NCBI GenBank assembly: GCA_963668315.1
Contig: OY764216.1
Span: 4,640,001 to 4,704,000, forward strand
Origin: Spirochaetia bacterium
GTDB lineage: Bacteria > Spirochaetota > Spirochaetia > DSM-2461
Direction: 5' to 3'
DNA length: 64,000 nucleotides
Every line of letters begins with the position of its first letter. Position 1 is the first letter of the stretch. Below the pieces are notes generated by a model that did not search any database, was not told where the DNA came from, and saw nothing but the letters and a program-made list of their open reading frames with translations. Made by a program: the position numbers and the translations under genes. This document shows, one piece after another, positions 9,050 through 18,598 of the stretch.

Positions 9050-9123
9050 TGGGCCCACAAGGACTTGAACCTGGGACATCTTGATTATGAGTCAAGCGCT
9101 CTAACCAACTGAGCTATAGGCCC
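9050..9123 (-). tRNA. tRNA-Ile2 (anticodon CAT, lysidine type); CCA not encoded
   Basis: GGGCCTATAGCTCAGTTGGTTAGAGCGCTTGACTCATAATCAAGATGTCCCAGGTTCAAGTCCTTGTGGGCCCA cloverleaf; Ile-type acceptor and CATAA loop. Confidence 0.92.
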
Positions 9124-9137
9124 TTATACGAGCGACA

Positions 9138-9166
9138 ATACTACTTAAAAGTCTGACTTCTGTCAA
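9138..9166 (-). promoter_or_regulatory. sigma70 promoter of tRNA
   Basis: TTGACA-N17-TAGTAT. Confidence 0.75.
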
Positions 9167-9258
9167 TAGCCCCGAAAACAATAATCCCCCCCTTTCTCCT
9201 CTATGTAAAAATGCCTAAGACTTGAGCATCCCCCCGAAAAGGCATACAATAGCGGATT

Positions 9259-10050
9259 ATGCACATAATCGACGCCCACGCCCACATTTTCCCCCCGAAA
9301 ATCGCCCGGAAAGCCAGTCGCTCCATCGGCTCCTTCTACGACGCCCCCATCCAGTACAACGGCTCGATCGAAGAGCTGATCGCCAGCGGGGATAAAATCT
9401 CCGTCGATTACTACATCGTCCATTCCACCGCGACCAAGGCGGATCAGGTCTGCTCCATAAACGACTTCATCATCGACTCCTGCCGGGTCGAATCCCGCTT
9501 CATCGGCTTCGGCACCATGCACCCCGCCTTCTCCGATGTCCGCGGCGAATTCACCCGCATGCAGGCGGGCGGACTCAAAGGCCTGAAACTCCACCCCGAC
9601 TTCCAGAACGTCGCCGCCGACGATCCCTCCCTGGACCCGACCTACGAGGAACTGGTCTCCCGCGACATGCCCGTCCTTATCCACGCCGGCGATTTCCGCT
9701 ACGACTTTTCCGGTCCCCTCCGCCTCTCCCGGGTTCTGGACAGGCATCCCCGCCTCAAAATGATCGCCGCCCACTTCGGAGGCTACACCCAATGGAAGGA
9801 GTCCTTCGACCATCTGGCCGGCCGCAACTGCTGGTTCGACACCTCCAGCACCCTCTGGGAACTCCCCGCCGACAAAGCCCGCCTGATCTTCGAAAAACAC
9901 GGCGCCGACCGTTTCCTCTTCGGCTCCGATTTTCCCATGTGGGACCACTCCGAAGAGCTGAAAAGGCTGGAAATGCTCAACCTGAGCGACAAGGAACTAC
10001 AGGCCGTCCTCTGGGACAACGCCGCCGACCTCCTCTCCTTGGCCCCCTAG
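9259..10050 (+). CDS. Amidohydrolase family protein (amidohydrolase_2)
   Basis: IIDAHAH, GLKLHP, HAG, AAHFGG, LFGSDFP. Confidence 0.9.
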   Translation: MHIIDAHAHIFPPKIARKASRSIGSFYDAPIQYNGSIEELIASGDKISVDYYIVHSTATKADQVCSINDFIIDSCRVESRFIGFGTMHPAFSDVRGEFTRMQAGGLKGLKLHPDFQNVAADDPSLDPTYEELVSRDMPVLIHAGDFRYDFSGPLRLSRVLDRHPRLKMIAAHFGGYTQWKESFDHLAGRNCWFDTSSTLWELPADKARLIFEKHGADRFLFGSDFPMWDHSEELKRLEMLNLSDKELQAVLWDNAADLLSLAP

Positions 10051-10101
10051 GCGAAAGGCCCCTTCCCCGACCCGATTCATGGGGGAGCCCCCGCTCACGC
10101 G

Positions 10102-10190
10102 GGCCGGGCTTTCCCCTCCAATTCGCTTAACCAGGATGCTGTTTCCGGCTTCCCGCCGGGCATCCTTGGCTCATTTCCGGTACAATCCCT
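10102..10190. repeat. Intergenic REP-like element copy 1
   Basis: GGCCGGGCTTTCC...CAATCCCT ends with internal hairpin CCAGGATGC/GCATCCTTGG; same ends at 32290-32351. Confidence 0.55.
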
Positions 10191-10244
10191 GTCTCGATTT
10201 CCTTTTTGCTTGATCTTCCCGGGGAAACAAAATAAAATGAACCC

Positions 10245-11177
10245 ATGGACAGACCTGACTATACCTGGAGAGACCTCCGTTCCGAGGAACATCGTCTTGC
10301 GGCGGAAATCATGGGACGGGAGGCTGTCAGCCTATCTCCCATTCCCACGGACCTGACAGAAGTACTGCGCCGGGACTTCCCCGTGAAAGCCGTCCTTTTC
10401 GATATATACGGGACTCTCCTTATCTCGGGAACGGGCGATATCAGCATTTCCCAGGAAAAGGATAATAACTTCCGCCTGGACGCCGGTATGGAGGGAACGG
10501 AATTTTCCCGTCTCCCCCGGGAATACCGCAGCCAGGACCTGACGGGAGCCCTGAAGGATGTCATCAAAGACATCCACCGGGAACGGCGTGACCAGGGGGC
10601 CGACTATCCCGAAGTGGATATCATTACCGTATGGGACAGGGTCCTCTCCCGGTTTAAAACGGAGCGGTTCATCGATAAGGATTACTCCCTCCGCTCCCTT
10701 GTCCATCTGGCCGCCTACCACGAGATTGTATCCAATCCCGTCTGGGAGATGCCCGGAGCTTTCGCCCTCCTGTCCTCCCTGAAGAAAAAAGGCTATCCCA
10801 TGGGCATCGTCTCCAATGCCCAGTTCTATACGCCCCTGACGATGGAAACCCTCTCGGGACGGTCCCTGGCCGATCTGGGATTTACCGAAGAGCTCTGCTC
10901 CTGGTCCTATAAACTGTTAAGGGGCAAACCCTCCCCCGACCTGTTTAAAGCCCCCCTGGAAGAACTCAAGGCGGGAGGCATCAGCCCGGAAGAAGTTCTC
11001 TACGTGGGAAATGACATGCTTAACGATATATACACATCCCGTTTATGGGGATGTAAAACAGCCCTTTTCGCCGGAGACCAGCGCTCTCTCCGCCTGAGGG
11101 AAGGTGACGAGCGCTGCACCGGCCTGGAACCGGATCTGATCCTGACCGATCTTAATCAGCTTGAGGAGCTACTGTGA
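10245..11177 (+). CDS. HAD-superfamily hydrolase
   Basis: FDIYGTL, VSNA, KPSP, YVGNDMLND. Confidence 0.9.
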   Translation: MDRPDYTWRDLRSEEHRLAAEIMGREAVSLSPIPTDLTEVLRRDFPVKAVLFDIYGTLLISGTGDISISQEKDNNFRLDAGMEGTEFSRLPREYRSQDLTGALKDVIKDIHRERRDQGADYPEVDIITVWDRVLSRFKTERFIDKDYSLRSLVHLAAYHEIVSNPVWEMPGAFALLSSLKKKGYPMGIVSNAQFYTPLTMETLSGRSLADLGFTEELCSWSYKLLRGKPSPDLFKAPLEELKAGGISPEEVLYVGNDMLNDIYTSRLWGCKTALFAGDQRSLRLREGDERCTGLEPDLILTDLNQLEELL

Positions 11178-12145
11178 GTACCCAGATAGAAAATAAGCCC
11201 GAAAAAGGGCGCAAGGAAAAAAAACAGAAGAAAGAGAAAAGAGCCAAAGCTCCCCAAAAAAAGCCGAATAAGTCCATACGGCGGTTCCGGCGCTGGCTGA
11301 CCTTTCTCATATTTCTGGTATTCGCCGGCTTTGTCGCCTATACGGGATGGGTGCAGTACGATATTCCCGAAGGATACGGCGGTATGATACACACCAAATT
11401 CTCCTATCGGGACGGGGAGTGGACCGGCGGATTTGATAAGGCGCTCACCGTGCATGACGGCCTTCACTGGCGCTGGGAAAAACTCTTCCCCACCAATCTC
11501 ACCCTCCATGTTTACCCCCTGGACATAAGAACGGTCACCCTCTCCTCAAAGGGCACCCTCCCCTCGGGAGACATCTACCTGGCTTTTGTGGAAGAACAGG
11601 GTACAAGCCGCTTCGACTGGGATATCCGCGTCTCCCTCACCTACCGCCTCAAAGAGGAGAGCGTACCCCAGCTGGCCGCAGAAGAGGGGATCTTCCCGGA
11701 AGATCTGGAAGATTTTTTCATGAAGGAAGAAGAGCTAATGGAAAGGGAGATCTACGGTTACCTGAAGGATTATGCCCCCCAGGAGAGCAGTTCCGCCTAC
11801 TGGAGCGATCTGGAGGATAAACTGAATAAGCAGCACCCCTACCTGGAGATCACCTCTCTGGTCCCCGACTCCCTGAAGCTGCCCGATCTGGTGTTCTACG
11901 AAAAATCCCGCAGCCTCTACTTCGCCTATCTGGACGAAAAGAACCGAGCCCTGGAAGAGATGATCAGCCGGGTTGCCCCGAAAACGGCGGTCAACGAGGA
12001 AAAAATGAAAGTCCTTGAGGAGTACGGGAAAGTCCTTACCGAATACCCCGTTCTCATCGATTTCTTTGCTCTGGATAAGAACAACGATTTCGGCCGTTAC
12101 CTTCCCAGCGAACTTATGCCGGAAAATCTGGAAGCGTCCGAATAA
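11174..12145 (+). CDS. Membrane-anchored hypothetical protein (possibly SPFH-like)
   Basis: Basic N-terminus, single TM; GTGA overlap with HAD gene. Confidence 0.7.
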   Translation: MSTQIENKPEKGRKEKKQKKEKRAKAPQKKPNKSIRRFRRWLTFLIFLVFAGFVAYTGWVQYDIPEGYGGMIHTKFSYRDGEWTGGFDKALTVHDGLHWRWEKLFPTNLTLHVYPLDIRTVTLSSKGTLPSGDIYLAFVEEQGTSRFDWDIRVSLTYRLKEESVPQLAAEEGIFPEDLEDFFMKEEELMEREIYGYLKDYAPQESSSAYWSDLEDKLNKQHPYLEITSLVPDSLKLPDLVFYEKSRSLYFAYLDEKNRALEEMISRVAPKTAVNEEKMKVLEEYGKVLTEYPVLIDFFALDKNNDFGRYLPSELMPENLEASE

Positions 12146-12749
12146 CCAGAAGAGAACCCTTCTCTCTTTTCAAACGCACCTTTGTTTCGACAAAGCGGTT
12201 GCTCAAGCTCAGCTCACCCCGGCCCCAGCGAACCGGCTCCAGGGGCCAGCGGAGACCTTCGGAATGAAAAAAGATATCCCTGTTCCCCAGGGGATAAAAG
12301 GAGATGACCTCCCCCGGCGATCCGTCCATCTCGATAGACTCCCCCAGAGGGAAAATCTCCTCCCGCCCTGAAATCCACAGGCTGGGGACACGGGGGCCTT
12401 CAAACAGGGCCAGCAGGGCCAGGGTATGATCAAGCCGTCCTTCCCCTCCCCCGATGAGCACCCTTCTCTCATAACCTTGAATCTCATCAAGAGCCAGTTC
12501 CGTATCGGTATAATCCTTATCCGCGGGAAATATCTTCACCCGCTCCCCGGGAAAATCATCCAGGGCGGCCCTGTTTCCCAGAGAGTCCATATCTCCCACA
12601 ATCATGTCAGGCCGGAACCCGTAGGAGAGGGCCTGGTCAAGGCCGGAATCGGCGGCGACAAGATAGTCGCACTCTTTCAGTAAGGGAGCCACGGCGGCAA
12701 GGGGAGGAGCGGCGCCCCCGGTAATAACAATAGCAAGTGAGCCTTTCAT
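12114..12749 (-). CDS. thiN: Thiamine pyrophosphokinase
   Basis: AADSG, GDMDS, DKDYTD, GRLDH. Confidence 0.9.
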   Translation of the reverse strand: MKGSLAIVITGGAAPPLAAVAPLLKECDYLVAADSGLDQALSYGFRPDMIVGDMDSLGNRAALDDFPGERVKIFPADKDYTDTELALDEIQGYERRVLIGGGEGRLDHTLALLALFEGPRVPSLWISGREEIFPLGESIEMDGSPGEVISFYPLGNRDIFFHSEGLRWPLEPVRWGRGELSLSNRFVETKVRLKREKGSLLVIRTLPDFPA

Positions 12750-12781
12750 AGAATTATTTATAAAATATTTCATAAAAAAAC

Positions 12782-12885
12782 TAAAGGCCCTTCTTCAAAA
12801 TCCGAAAATGATGATAGGGATTCAGGATGAATCCTTTGTGAATAGGGATGTTCACATACTTTTTCTTAGATCAAGGAGGATCTAA
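12782..12885 (+). promoter_or_regulatory. sigma28-type promoter and three GGA-loop hairpins (CsrA-type) upstream of flaB
   Basis: TAAA-N16-CCGAAAAT; hairpins 12818-34, 12837-56, 12866-85 (last one carries the SD in its loop). Confidence 0.7.
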
Positions 12886-12888
12886 ACT

Positions 12889-13749
12889 ATGATTATTAAT
12901 CACAATATGTCCGCACTGTATTCCAACAGACAGCTGGGTGTAAACAACCTCAACACAACCAAAGCTATGGAGAAACTCTCCTCAGGTTTGAGAATCAACA
13001 GAGCCGGTGACGATGCTGCCGGTCTGGCCATCTCTGAAAAAATGAGAGCCCAGATTGAAGGTTTGAACCAGGCTTCCCGGAATGCCGGCGACGGTATCAG
13101 CTTCATCCAGACTTCAGAAGGTTACCTCCAGGAAACTTCCGACGCTCTCAGAAGAATCAGAGAGCTGGCCGTACAGTCTTCCAACGGTATCTACTCCAGC
13201 GAAGACCGCATGCAGATCCAGGTGGAAGTGTCTCAGCTGGTTGACGAAATCGACAGAATCGCATCCCATGCCCAGTTCAACGGCATGAACATGCTTACCG
13301 GCCGTTTTGCCAAAGAGACGGGACTGAACTCCGTAACGTCCTCCATGTGGCTGCACATCGGTGCCAATATGGACCAGAGAGAGCAGGTTTTCATCGGAAC
13401 CATGACTTCCAGTTCTCTGGGTGTCCGCCAGATAGGTACGGGAATCATCATGTCCCTTTCCACCCCCGAGCAGGCCAACAGAAACATCGGCGTTCTCGAT
13501 GCCGCCCTCAAGGTGGTCAATAAGCAGAGAGCCGACCTGGGTGCCTACCAGAACAGACTGGAAATGGCCGTGAAGGGTATCGATGTCGCCGCAGAAAACC
13601 TGCAGGCTTCCGAATCCCGCATCCGCGACGCGGATATGGCTCAGGAAAGCATCGAGTATGCCCGCCAGAATATTCTCAGCCAGAGTGCCAATGCTATGCT
13701 GGCTCAGGCCAATACCAGAGGACAGCAGGTACTTTCCTTGCTGCAGTAA
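12889..13749 (+). CDS. flaB: Periplasmic flagellar filament core protein FlaB
   Basis: MIINHNMSA...[20 protein letters not shown], spirochaete flagellin. Confidence 0.97.
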   Translation: MIINHNMSALYSNRQLGVNNLNTTKAMEKLSSGLRINRAGDDAAGLAISEKMRAQIEGLNQASRNAGDGISFIQTSEGYLQETSDALRRIRELAVQSSNGIYSSEDRMQIQVEVSQLVDEIDRIASHAQFNGMNMLTGRFAKETGLNSVTSSMWLHIGANMDQREQVFIGTMTSSSLGVRQIGTGIIMSLSTPEQANRNIGVLDAALKVVNKQRADLGAYQNRLEMAVKGIDVAAENLQASESRIRDADMAQESIEYARQNILSQSANAMLAQANTRGQQVLSLLQ

Positions 13750-13848
13750 TCGTAATAAAGCCGGCTTTTCCCGAATTTCCCGATTTGGGGGACTCCGGTT
13801 ATTGCGTTTTCCTAACTATTTTCGTTATTATTCCCGTAATGACATACG

Positions 13849-13873
13849 AACCGGCCTCAGGGCCGGTTTTTTT
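13849..13873 (+). terminator. Rho-independent terminator
   Basis: AACCGGCC-TCAG-GGCCGGTT followed by T run. Confidence 0.65.
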
Positions 13874-13883
13874 GAGGATTTGA

Positions 13884-15254
13884 ATGAACCGTGAATTAAC
13901 AGTACCCCCGGAAATATATGAAATGGCCGAGATTTTCCATAAAGCCGGCTATGAATCTTTTCTCGTCGGGGGCGCCGTGCGCGATCAGCTGCTGGGACGG
14001 GATGCCAAGGACTGGGACCTTACCACCAATGCCCTGCCAGAGCAGGTGATCAAAATCTTCCGCCATGTCATCCCCACGGGGATCAAACACGGCACGGTTA
14101 CGGTCATCTATAAAAAATATCACGTGGAAGTCACTACTTACCGGGTGGACGGTAAATACACCGACGGGCGCCGTCCCGATAAAATCTCCTTCAGCCCCAG
14201 TCTGGAAGAGGACCTGAAACGGCGGGATTTCACCATCAATTCCATCGCCTACGACCTGATAAACCGCTGCCTCGTCGACCCCAATAACGGGCTGGCCGAT
14301 CTGGAAGCCAAACAGATACGGGCCATTGGCGTGGCAAAGGAGAGGTTCGACGAAGACGGACTCAGATCCATAAGGGCCTGCCGCTTCGCCGCCCAGCTGA
14401 ATTTCAATGTCACGGCCGAAACGTTCAGGGGCATTAAAGAGACCCATTACCGCATTCCCGGTCTCTCCAAAGAGAGGATATACGAGGAGCTCATGAAAAT
14501 CATGGGAACCGAAACGCCCTCTCTCAGCTTCAAACTCTTCCGCGATACGGGGCTTCTGAGAATACTGTTCCCCGAGCTTTATGCCTGCATCGGCGTAAAA
14601 CAGAAGGGAAGCCACTCCTACGATGTATTCGAGCACTCCCTCTATGCCTGCGACGGGGTCCCCCCCACCCATAAGGAAGTCCGCATCGCCGCCCTTTTCC
14701 ATGATATCGGCAAACCGGGGGTAATGAAAACCGGAGAGGATGGAATTGCCACCTTCCATAACCATGAGAAGTTATCCGAATCCATGGCACGGAAAATCAT
14801 GCTCCGCTACCGCTTTCCCGTTAAATCCATGAATAAAATATCCCATCTCATTCTCTGTCATATGTTTCATTATGAGCCGTCTTGGACGGACAGCGCCGTT
14901 AGACGCCTCATCGCCAGGGTGGGCGTGGAAAACCTGGAAGATCTATTCCTTCTTCGCATGGGTGATATCTGGGGTACGGCCCGTAAAGAAAGAAACAACG
15001 AAAGGCTGAATCAGCTTAAGGAGCGGATCGAAAGCGTCCTTCAAGAGGAGAATGCCTTCTCCATCAGGGATCTCAAAATCAACGGCTCCATTCTCCATAA
15101 GCGGGGAGAAATCCCCAAATCCCGTCAGATGGGACGGGTTCTGGAATACCTTCTGGAAACAGTACTGGACGATCCGTCGCTGAATGAGGAAGATCTTTTA
15201 CTGCAAAAGGGAATGGATTATTACCGGGACGTACTTGTTTCGAAAAACTCGTAG
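13884..15254 (+). CDS. cca: CCA tRNA nucleotidyltransferase with HD domain
   Basis: VGGAVRD, DWD, EVTT, RRDFTIN, HD domain. Confidence 0.9.
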   Translation: MNRELTVPPEIYEMAEIFHKAGYESFLVGGAVRDQLLGRDAKDWDLTTNALPEQVIKIFRHVIPTGIKHGTVTVIYKKYHVEVTTYRVDGKYTDGRRPDKISFSPSLEEDLKRRDFTINSIAYDLINRCLVDPNNGLADLEAKQIRAIGVAKERFDEDGLRSIRACRFAAQLNFNVTAETFRGIKETHYRIPGLSKERIYEELMKIMGTETPSLSFKLFRDTGLLRILFPELYACIGVKQKGSHSYDVFEHSLYACDGVPPTHKEVRIAALFHDIGKPGVMKTGEDGIATFHNHEKLSESMARKIMLRYRFPVKSMNKISHLILCHMFHYEPSWTDSAVRRLIARVGVENLEDLFLLRMGDIWGTARKERNNERLNQLKERIESVLQEENAFSIRDLKINGSILHKRGEIPKSRQMGRVLEYLLETVLDDPSLNEEDLLLQKGMDYYRDVLVSKNS

Positions 15255-15979
15255 GCCAAACGGGCGGCTTCCTGCTCGGCCTTCTTCTTATTGGAACCCG
15301 TACCGGGCCCGAAAACCTTATCGTTGATTTTTACTTCCATATTGTAGACCCTGTCATGATCGGGTCCATCCACGGATACCACATGATAGCGGGGACAGCA
15401 CTTATACTTTTTCTGGATCATTTCCTGAAGGAGAGTTTTATAATCGCGGTAATGCTTTTTCTCGTTGACCTTCTCAATCTCGGGCTTAAGCTTCTCCAGA
15501 ACGAAATCAGTAACGAGCTTGAAACCGGAATCGAGAAAATACGCGCCGATGACGGCTTCCATGCAGTCGGCAAGCAAAGCCGGCTTGTTCCGTCCTCCCG
15601 AATACTCTTCTCCCTTTCCGACGAGAATATAATTATCAATCTTTATTTTCTTCGCCACTTTGACGAGGCAGGACTCGCTCACCACGTAGGACTTTATCTT
15701 GGCAAGTTCCCCTTCCACGCTGTCCGGGTAGAGATGATAGAGATAATCGGCCACAATAAGACCAAGAACGGAGTCACCGAGGAATTCGAGTTTCTCGTTA
15801 TTGTCTATGGAGGCGGGATATTCGTTTGTATAGGAACGATGGCAAAAAGCCAGGTTTAGAAGATTTTCATCCTTGAATTTAATGGATGCAATCTGTTGGA
15901 AGTCAGCTAATTCCCTTCTCCTCACCGCATTAATCTGGGGCGAAGAAAAGGGAATGTTCTTGGAACCGAAAAGTTTCAC
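15221..15979 (-). CDS. rnc: Ribonuclease III
   Basis: NEKLEFLGDSVL, ADCMEAVIGA, dsRBD. Confidence 0.95.
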   Translation of the reverse strand: MKLFGSKNIPFSSPQINAVRRRELADFQQIASIKFKDENLLNLAFCHRSYTNEYPASIDNNEKLEFLGDSVLGLIVADYLYHLYPDSVEGELAKIKSYVVSESCLVKVAKKIKIDNYILVGKGEEYSGGRNKPALLADCMEAVIGAYFLDSGFKLVTDFVLEKLKPEIEKVNEKKHYRDYKTLLQEMIQKKYKCCPRYHVVSVDGPDHDRVYNMEVKINDKVFGPGTGSNKKKAEQEAARLAYEFFETSTSR

Positions 15980-15988
15980 CGGAAGGGA

Positions 15989-16225
15989 TTAGCCCTTCTG
16001 TTCGATGATGTAGTCCAGAGCGTCCTGGACTTTCTCGAATTCGGTAGCCTTTTCGTCGGGCACGCTAACACCCATTTCGGAATTGATAGCGTAAAGCAGC
16101 TCGTACGTGTCGAGACTGTCTGCGCCCAGATCCTCGCGGAAGCGGGACTCGGGAGTTACCTTGTCCTTCTCCACTTCAAGTTTGTCTACGATGATTTCCT
16201 GTAACTGTTCAAAAAGATCTGCCAT
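15989..16225 (-). CDS. acpP: Acyl carrier protein
   Basis: DLGADSLD. Confidence 0.95.
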   Translation of the reverse strand: MADLFEQLQEIIVDKLEVEKDKVTPESRFREDLGADSLDTYELLYAINSEMGVSVPDEKATEFEKVQDALDYIIEQKG

Positions 16226-16240
16226 TCCAGCACTCCTTAA

Positions 16241-16432
16241 TTAATCGGCCATCTCTTGGGGCTCGATGATTTGTTTTCCTCTGTAAAAACCACATTTGGG
16301 ACATACCCGGTGTCTGAGAACTTTGTTTCCGCAGTTTCCGCAGGCAACCAGATTGGGAGCAGTCATTGCCATGTTAATGGAACGACGTCTCCTAGTCCTC
16401 GCTTTAGAAGTCTTATATTTAGGGACTGCCAT
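16241..16432 (-). CDS. rpmF: 50S ribosomal protein L32
   Basis: MAVPKYKTSK...CGNC...HRVCPKCG. Confidence 0.95.
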   Translation of the reverse strand: MAVPKYKTSKARTRRRRSINMAMTAPNLVACGNCGNKVLRHRVCPKCGFYRGKQIIEPQEMAD

Positions 16433-16539
16433 GTTTACCTCGCAAATAATTATATACCGGCCATCACAATATACTATAGACAAAAAATTGTCAATAATAA
16501 GAGCAGACTATGTGAAAAATGTTTGCCAGTATGGATTTA

Positions 16540-17022
16540 CTATAACAATTTTTCTTTGAGGAGGTCTTCCACCTCGGGTGTTATCATATTGGAGACATCT
16601 CCTCCCAGGGTAATCAGCTCCCGAACGACCGAAGCCCTCAGTACAAAGTATTGAGGGTCTGTGGGAAGAAAGACCGTCTCTATGTTCGAATTCAATGATT
16701 TATTGATCATGGACAATTCGAACTCATAGCCGAAATCGGACAGGGGACGCAACCCCCGGACGATGACTTTTATGTCGTTGTTCTGTGCATAATCTACAAC
16801 AAGGCTGCTCCATTTAACCACGTTAACCTGGGAGAGACCCTCGTTATCGACCATTCCCTTCATGAACTCGACTCTTTCATCGGCGGAGAGCAGATGCTTC
16901 TTCTGATTGTTATCGGCTATGACAACATCAAGTGAATCATACAGGCGGGATGCCCTTTTAATGAGGTTCAGATGTCCTAGAGTCGGAGGATCAAAGGATC
17001 CGGGGAAAGCTGCTTTAACCAT
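16540..17022 (-). CDS. coaD: Phosphopantetheine adenylyltransferase
   Basis: PGSFDPPTLGH, RGLR, DFGYE. Confidence 0.95.
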   Translation of the reverse strand: MVKAAFPGSFDPPTLGHLNLIKRASRLYDSLDVVIADNNQKKHLLSADERVEFMKGMVDNEGLSQVNVVKWSSLVVDYAQNNDIKVIVRGLRPLSDFGYEFELSMINKSLNSNIETVFLPTDPQYFVLRASVVRELITLGGDVSNMITPEVEDLLKEKLL

Positions 17023-17122
17023 AGTACAAGACTATAACGTTTTTTTCCCATCCGGTCAAAGGAAGGTTCACTTTTTTTTTTATTACTTTGACAAAAAAAA
17101 AAGAAAGTTATAAACTGATTTT

Positions 17123-17695
17123 ATGAAAATGAATATACATTTCCCGGCTTTTGCTGGGATTTTTTTACTACTGTTTATTTCCTGTTCTTCCGAACCGGAT
17201 GTCATTCAGGAAACGGAGAATGAGGAAACAGTCACGGTACAGGAAACTGAAGAGACCGTTGTGGCCGAACCTGTAGAGGAAGTGACTGTTCAGGAACCGG
17301 AAGAAGAAGTTTTCGAGGTAACACAGGAAGTTTATGATCAGACTTTCGATGAAATAAGTGCGCTGATAGAAAAATTAGATGAAATTATAGCCAAAAAGAA
17401 CTATACTTCATGGAAGGAGAACCTTTCCCAGGCATACATCGATACGAACAGCGATAAGGAACTTCTGAAGAAAAAATCGGAAAGCCCCATCCTTCAGATG
17501 AACGAAATTATACTGAGGGATCTGAAGGATTACTTCGATTACGTGGTTGTCCCCTCTCGAATGAGTCTGAATTTGGAAGAAATTGACTTTGAAGATGAAA
17601 ATCATGTAACGGCATGGACGATTTTTAACGATAATAAAACTAAGCTGTACCAACTGGAATTAATCGACGGATCATGGAAGATCAGCGTCTGGTAG
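17123..17695 (+). CDS. Lipoprotein
   Basis: Lipobox LFISC; acidic E/V/T-rich linker. Confidence 0.8.
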   Translation: MKMNIHFPAFAGIFLLLFISCSSEPDVIQETENEETVTVQETEETVVAEPVEEVTVQEPEEEVFEVTQEVYDQTFDEISALIEKLDEIIAKKNYTSWKENLSQAYIDTNSDKELLKKKSESPILQMNEIILRDLKDYFDYVVVPSRMSLNLEEIDFEDENHVTAWTIFNDNKTKLYQLELIDGSWKISVW

Positions 17696-17747
17696 GAATT
17701 TCAGCGGAAAAACGGCGCTTTGCAAACGCACTTCAAGGAGTTTGAGA

Positions 17748-18431
17748 ATGAAATATATGATTACACTGTTAGCGGTCTTTTTCGCAGTGCTGCCTCTGGC
17801 TGCCCAGAGTGACGGAATGACCGTTGAAGAGGCCTATCTTCAAAGCGCCAAGAAAGTACAGAGACTAAAAACTCTGGCCGGTCAGGAAGACAGGGATGCC
17901 AAACTGATGGCTCTGCAGGATATCGAGCGTCTTATTGAAGACGGAGTGGGCGGCAATGAGGAAGCCGTCATTGAGATTCTGACGGACATGGGCCGCGAAG
18001 GTACGGGACGCATCTACATGGAACAGGGAACGATGAAAAACAACTTTCCCGAAGTAAGAAGAAAGTCCGTGGAACTTCTCGGCGAGATCGGCGGTGAAGA
18101 GTCCCGCCGGGCCATCACCGACATACTCGGCCAGGAAAACGAACCCATGGTTATGTCCGAAGCCGTTGTCGCTCTGGCCAAGATCGGCCCCGATGAGGAC
18201 GGCATCACTCTGCAGGTTATGGCAAACGCCATGAACAGCCAGACGGCCCTGAACCGCGACAACAATTTCGCCTACGCCTATCTGACCTCCATAGAGATCA
18301 TGAGCGAAAACGGTTATGAGCTGACCGACGAGTATCTCATCGCCGAGCTTGTGAAGCTGTTTGATATGAGAAACGGCTACAACACGGTTGTCAGAAAGAA
18401 AGCAATGGAAGTATTCAGGAATCTGCAGTAA
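17748..18431 (+). CDS. Secreted HEAT-repeat protein
   Basis: Signal peptide; PEVRRKSVELLGEIG and EAVVALAKIG repeats. Confidence 0.8.
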   Translation: MKYMITLLAVFFAVLPLAAQSDGMTVEEAYLQSAKKVQRLKTLAGQEDRDAKLMALQDIERLIEDGVGGNEEAVIEILTDMGREGTGRIYMEQGTMKNNFPEVRRKSVELLGEIGGEESRRAITDILGQENEPMVMSEAVVALAKIGPDEDGITLQVMANAMNSQTALNRDNNFAYAYLTSIEIMSENGYELTDEYLIAELVKLFDMRNGYNTVVRKKAMEVFRNLQ

Positions 18432-18463
18432 ACAGATTAAAGGTGTAACCATTAAAATACAAA

Positions 18464-18490
18464 GCCGGCCTCACAGGGCCGGTTTTTTTT
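18464..18490 (+). terminator. Rho-independent terminator
   Basis: CCGGCC...GGCCGG followed by T8. Confidence 0.7.
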
Positions 18491-18598
18491 CGGCCCGAGT
18501 CCTTTCCCGCACGGGGGGCTTATACCGGTCACCGCACCTGGGGATACCCAAAAAAAGACCGCCCATGACAGGCGGCCCCTTTTCTTAACGAAAGAACA

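Noticed and set aside
8894..9079. N-terminal extension of the integrase in the ORF track
   Set aside because: Runs into the tRNA; a strong AGGAGG SD supports ATG 8893
9050..9123. tRNA-Met or tRNA-fMet
   Set aside because: Paired first base, no GGG/CCC anticodon stem and Ile-type acceptor favour Ile2
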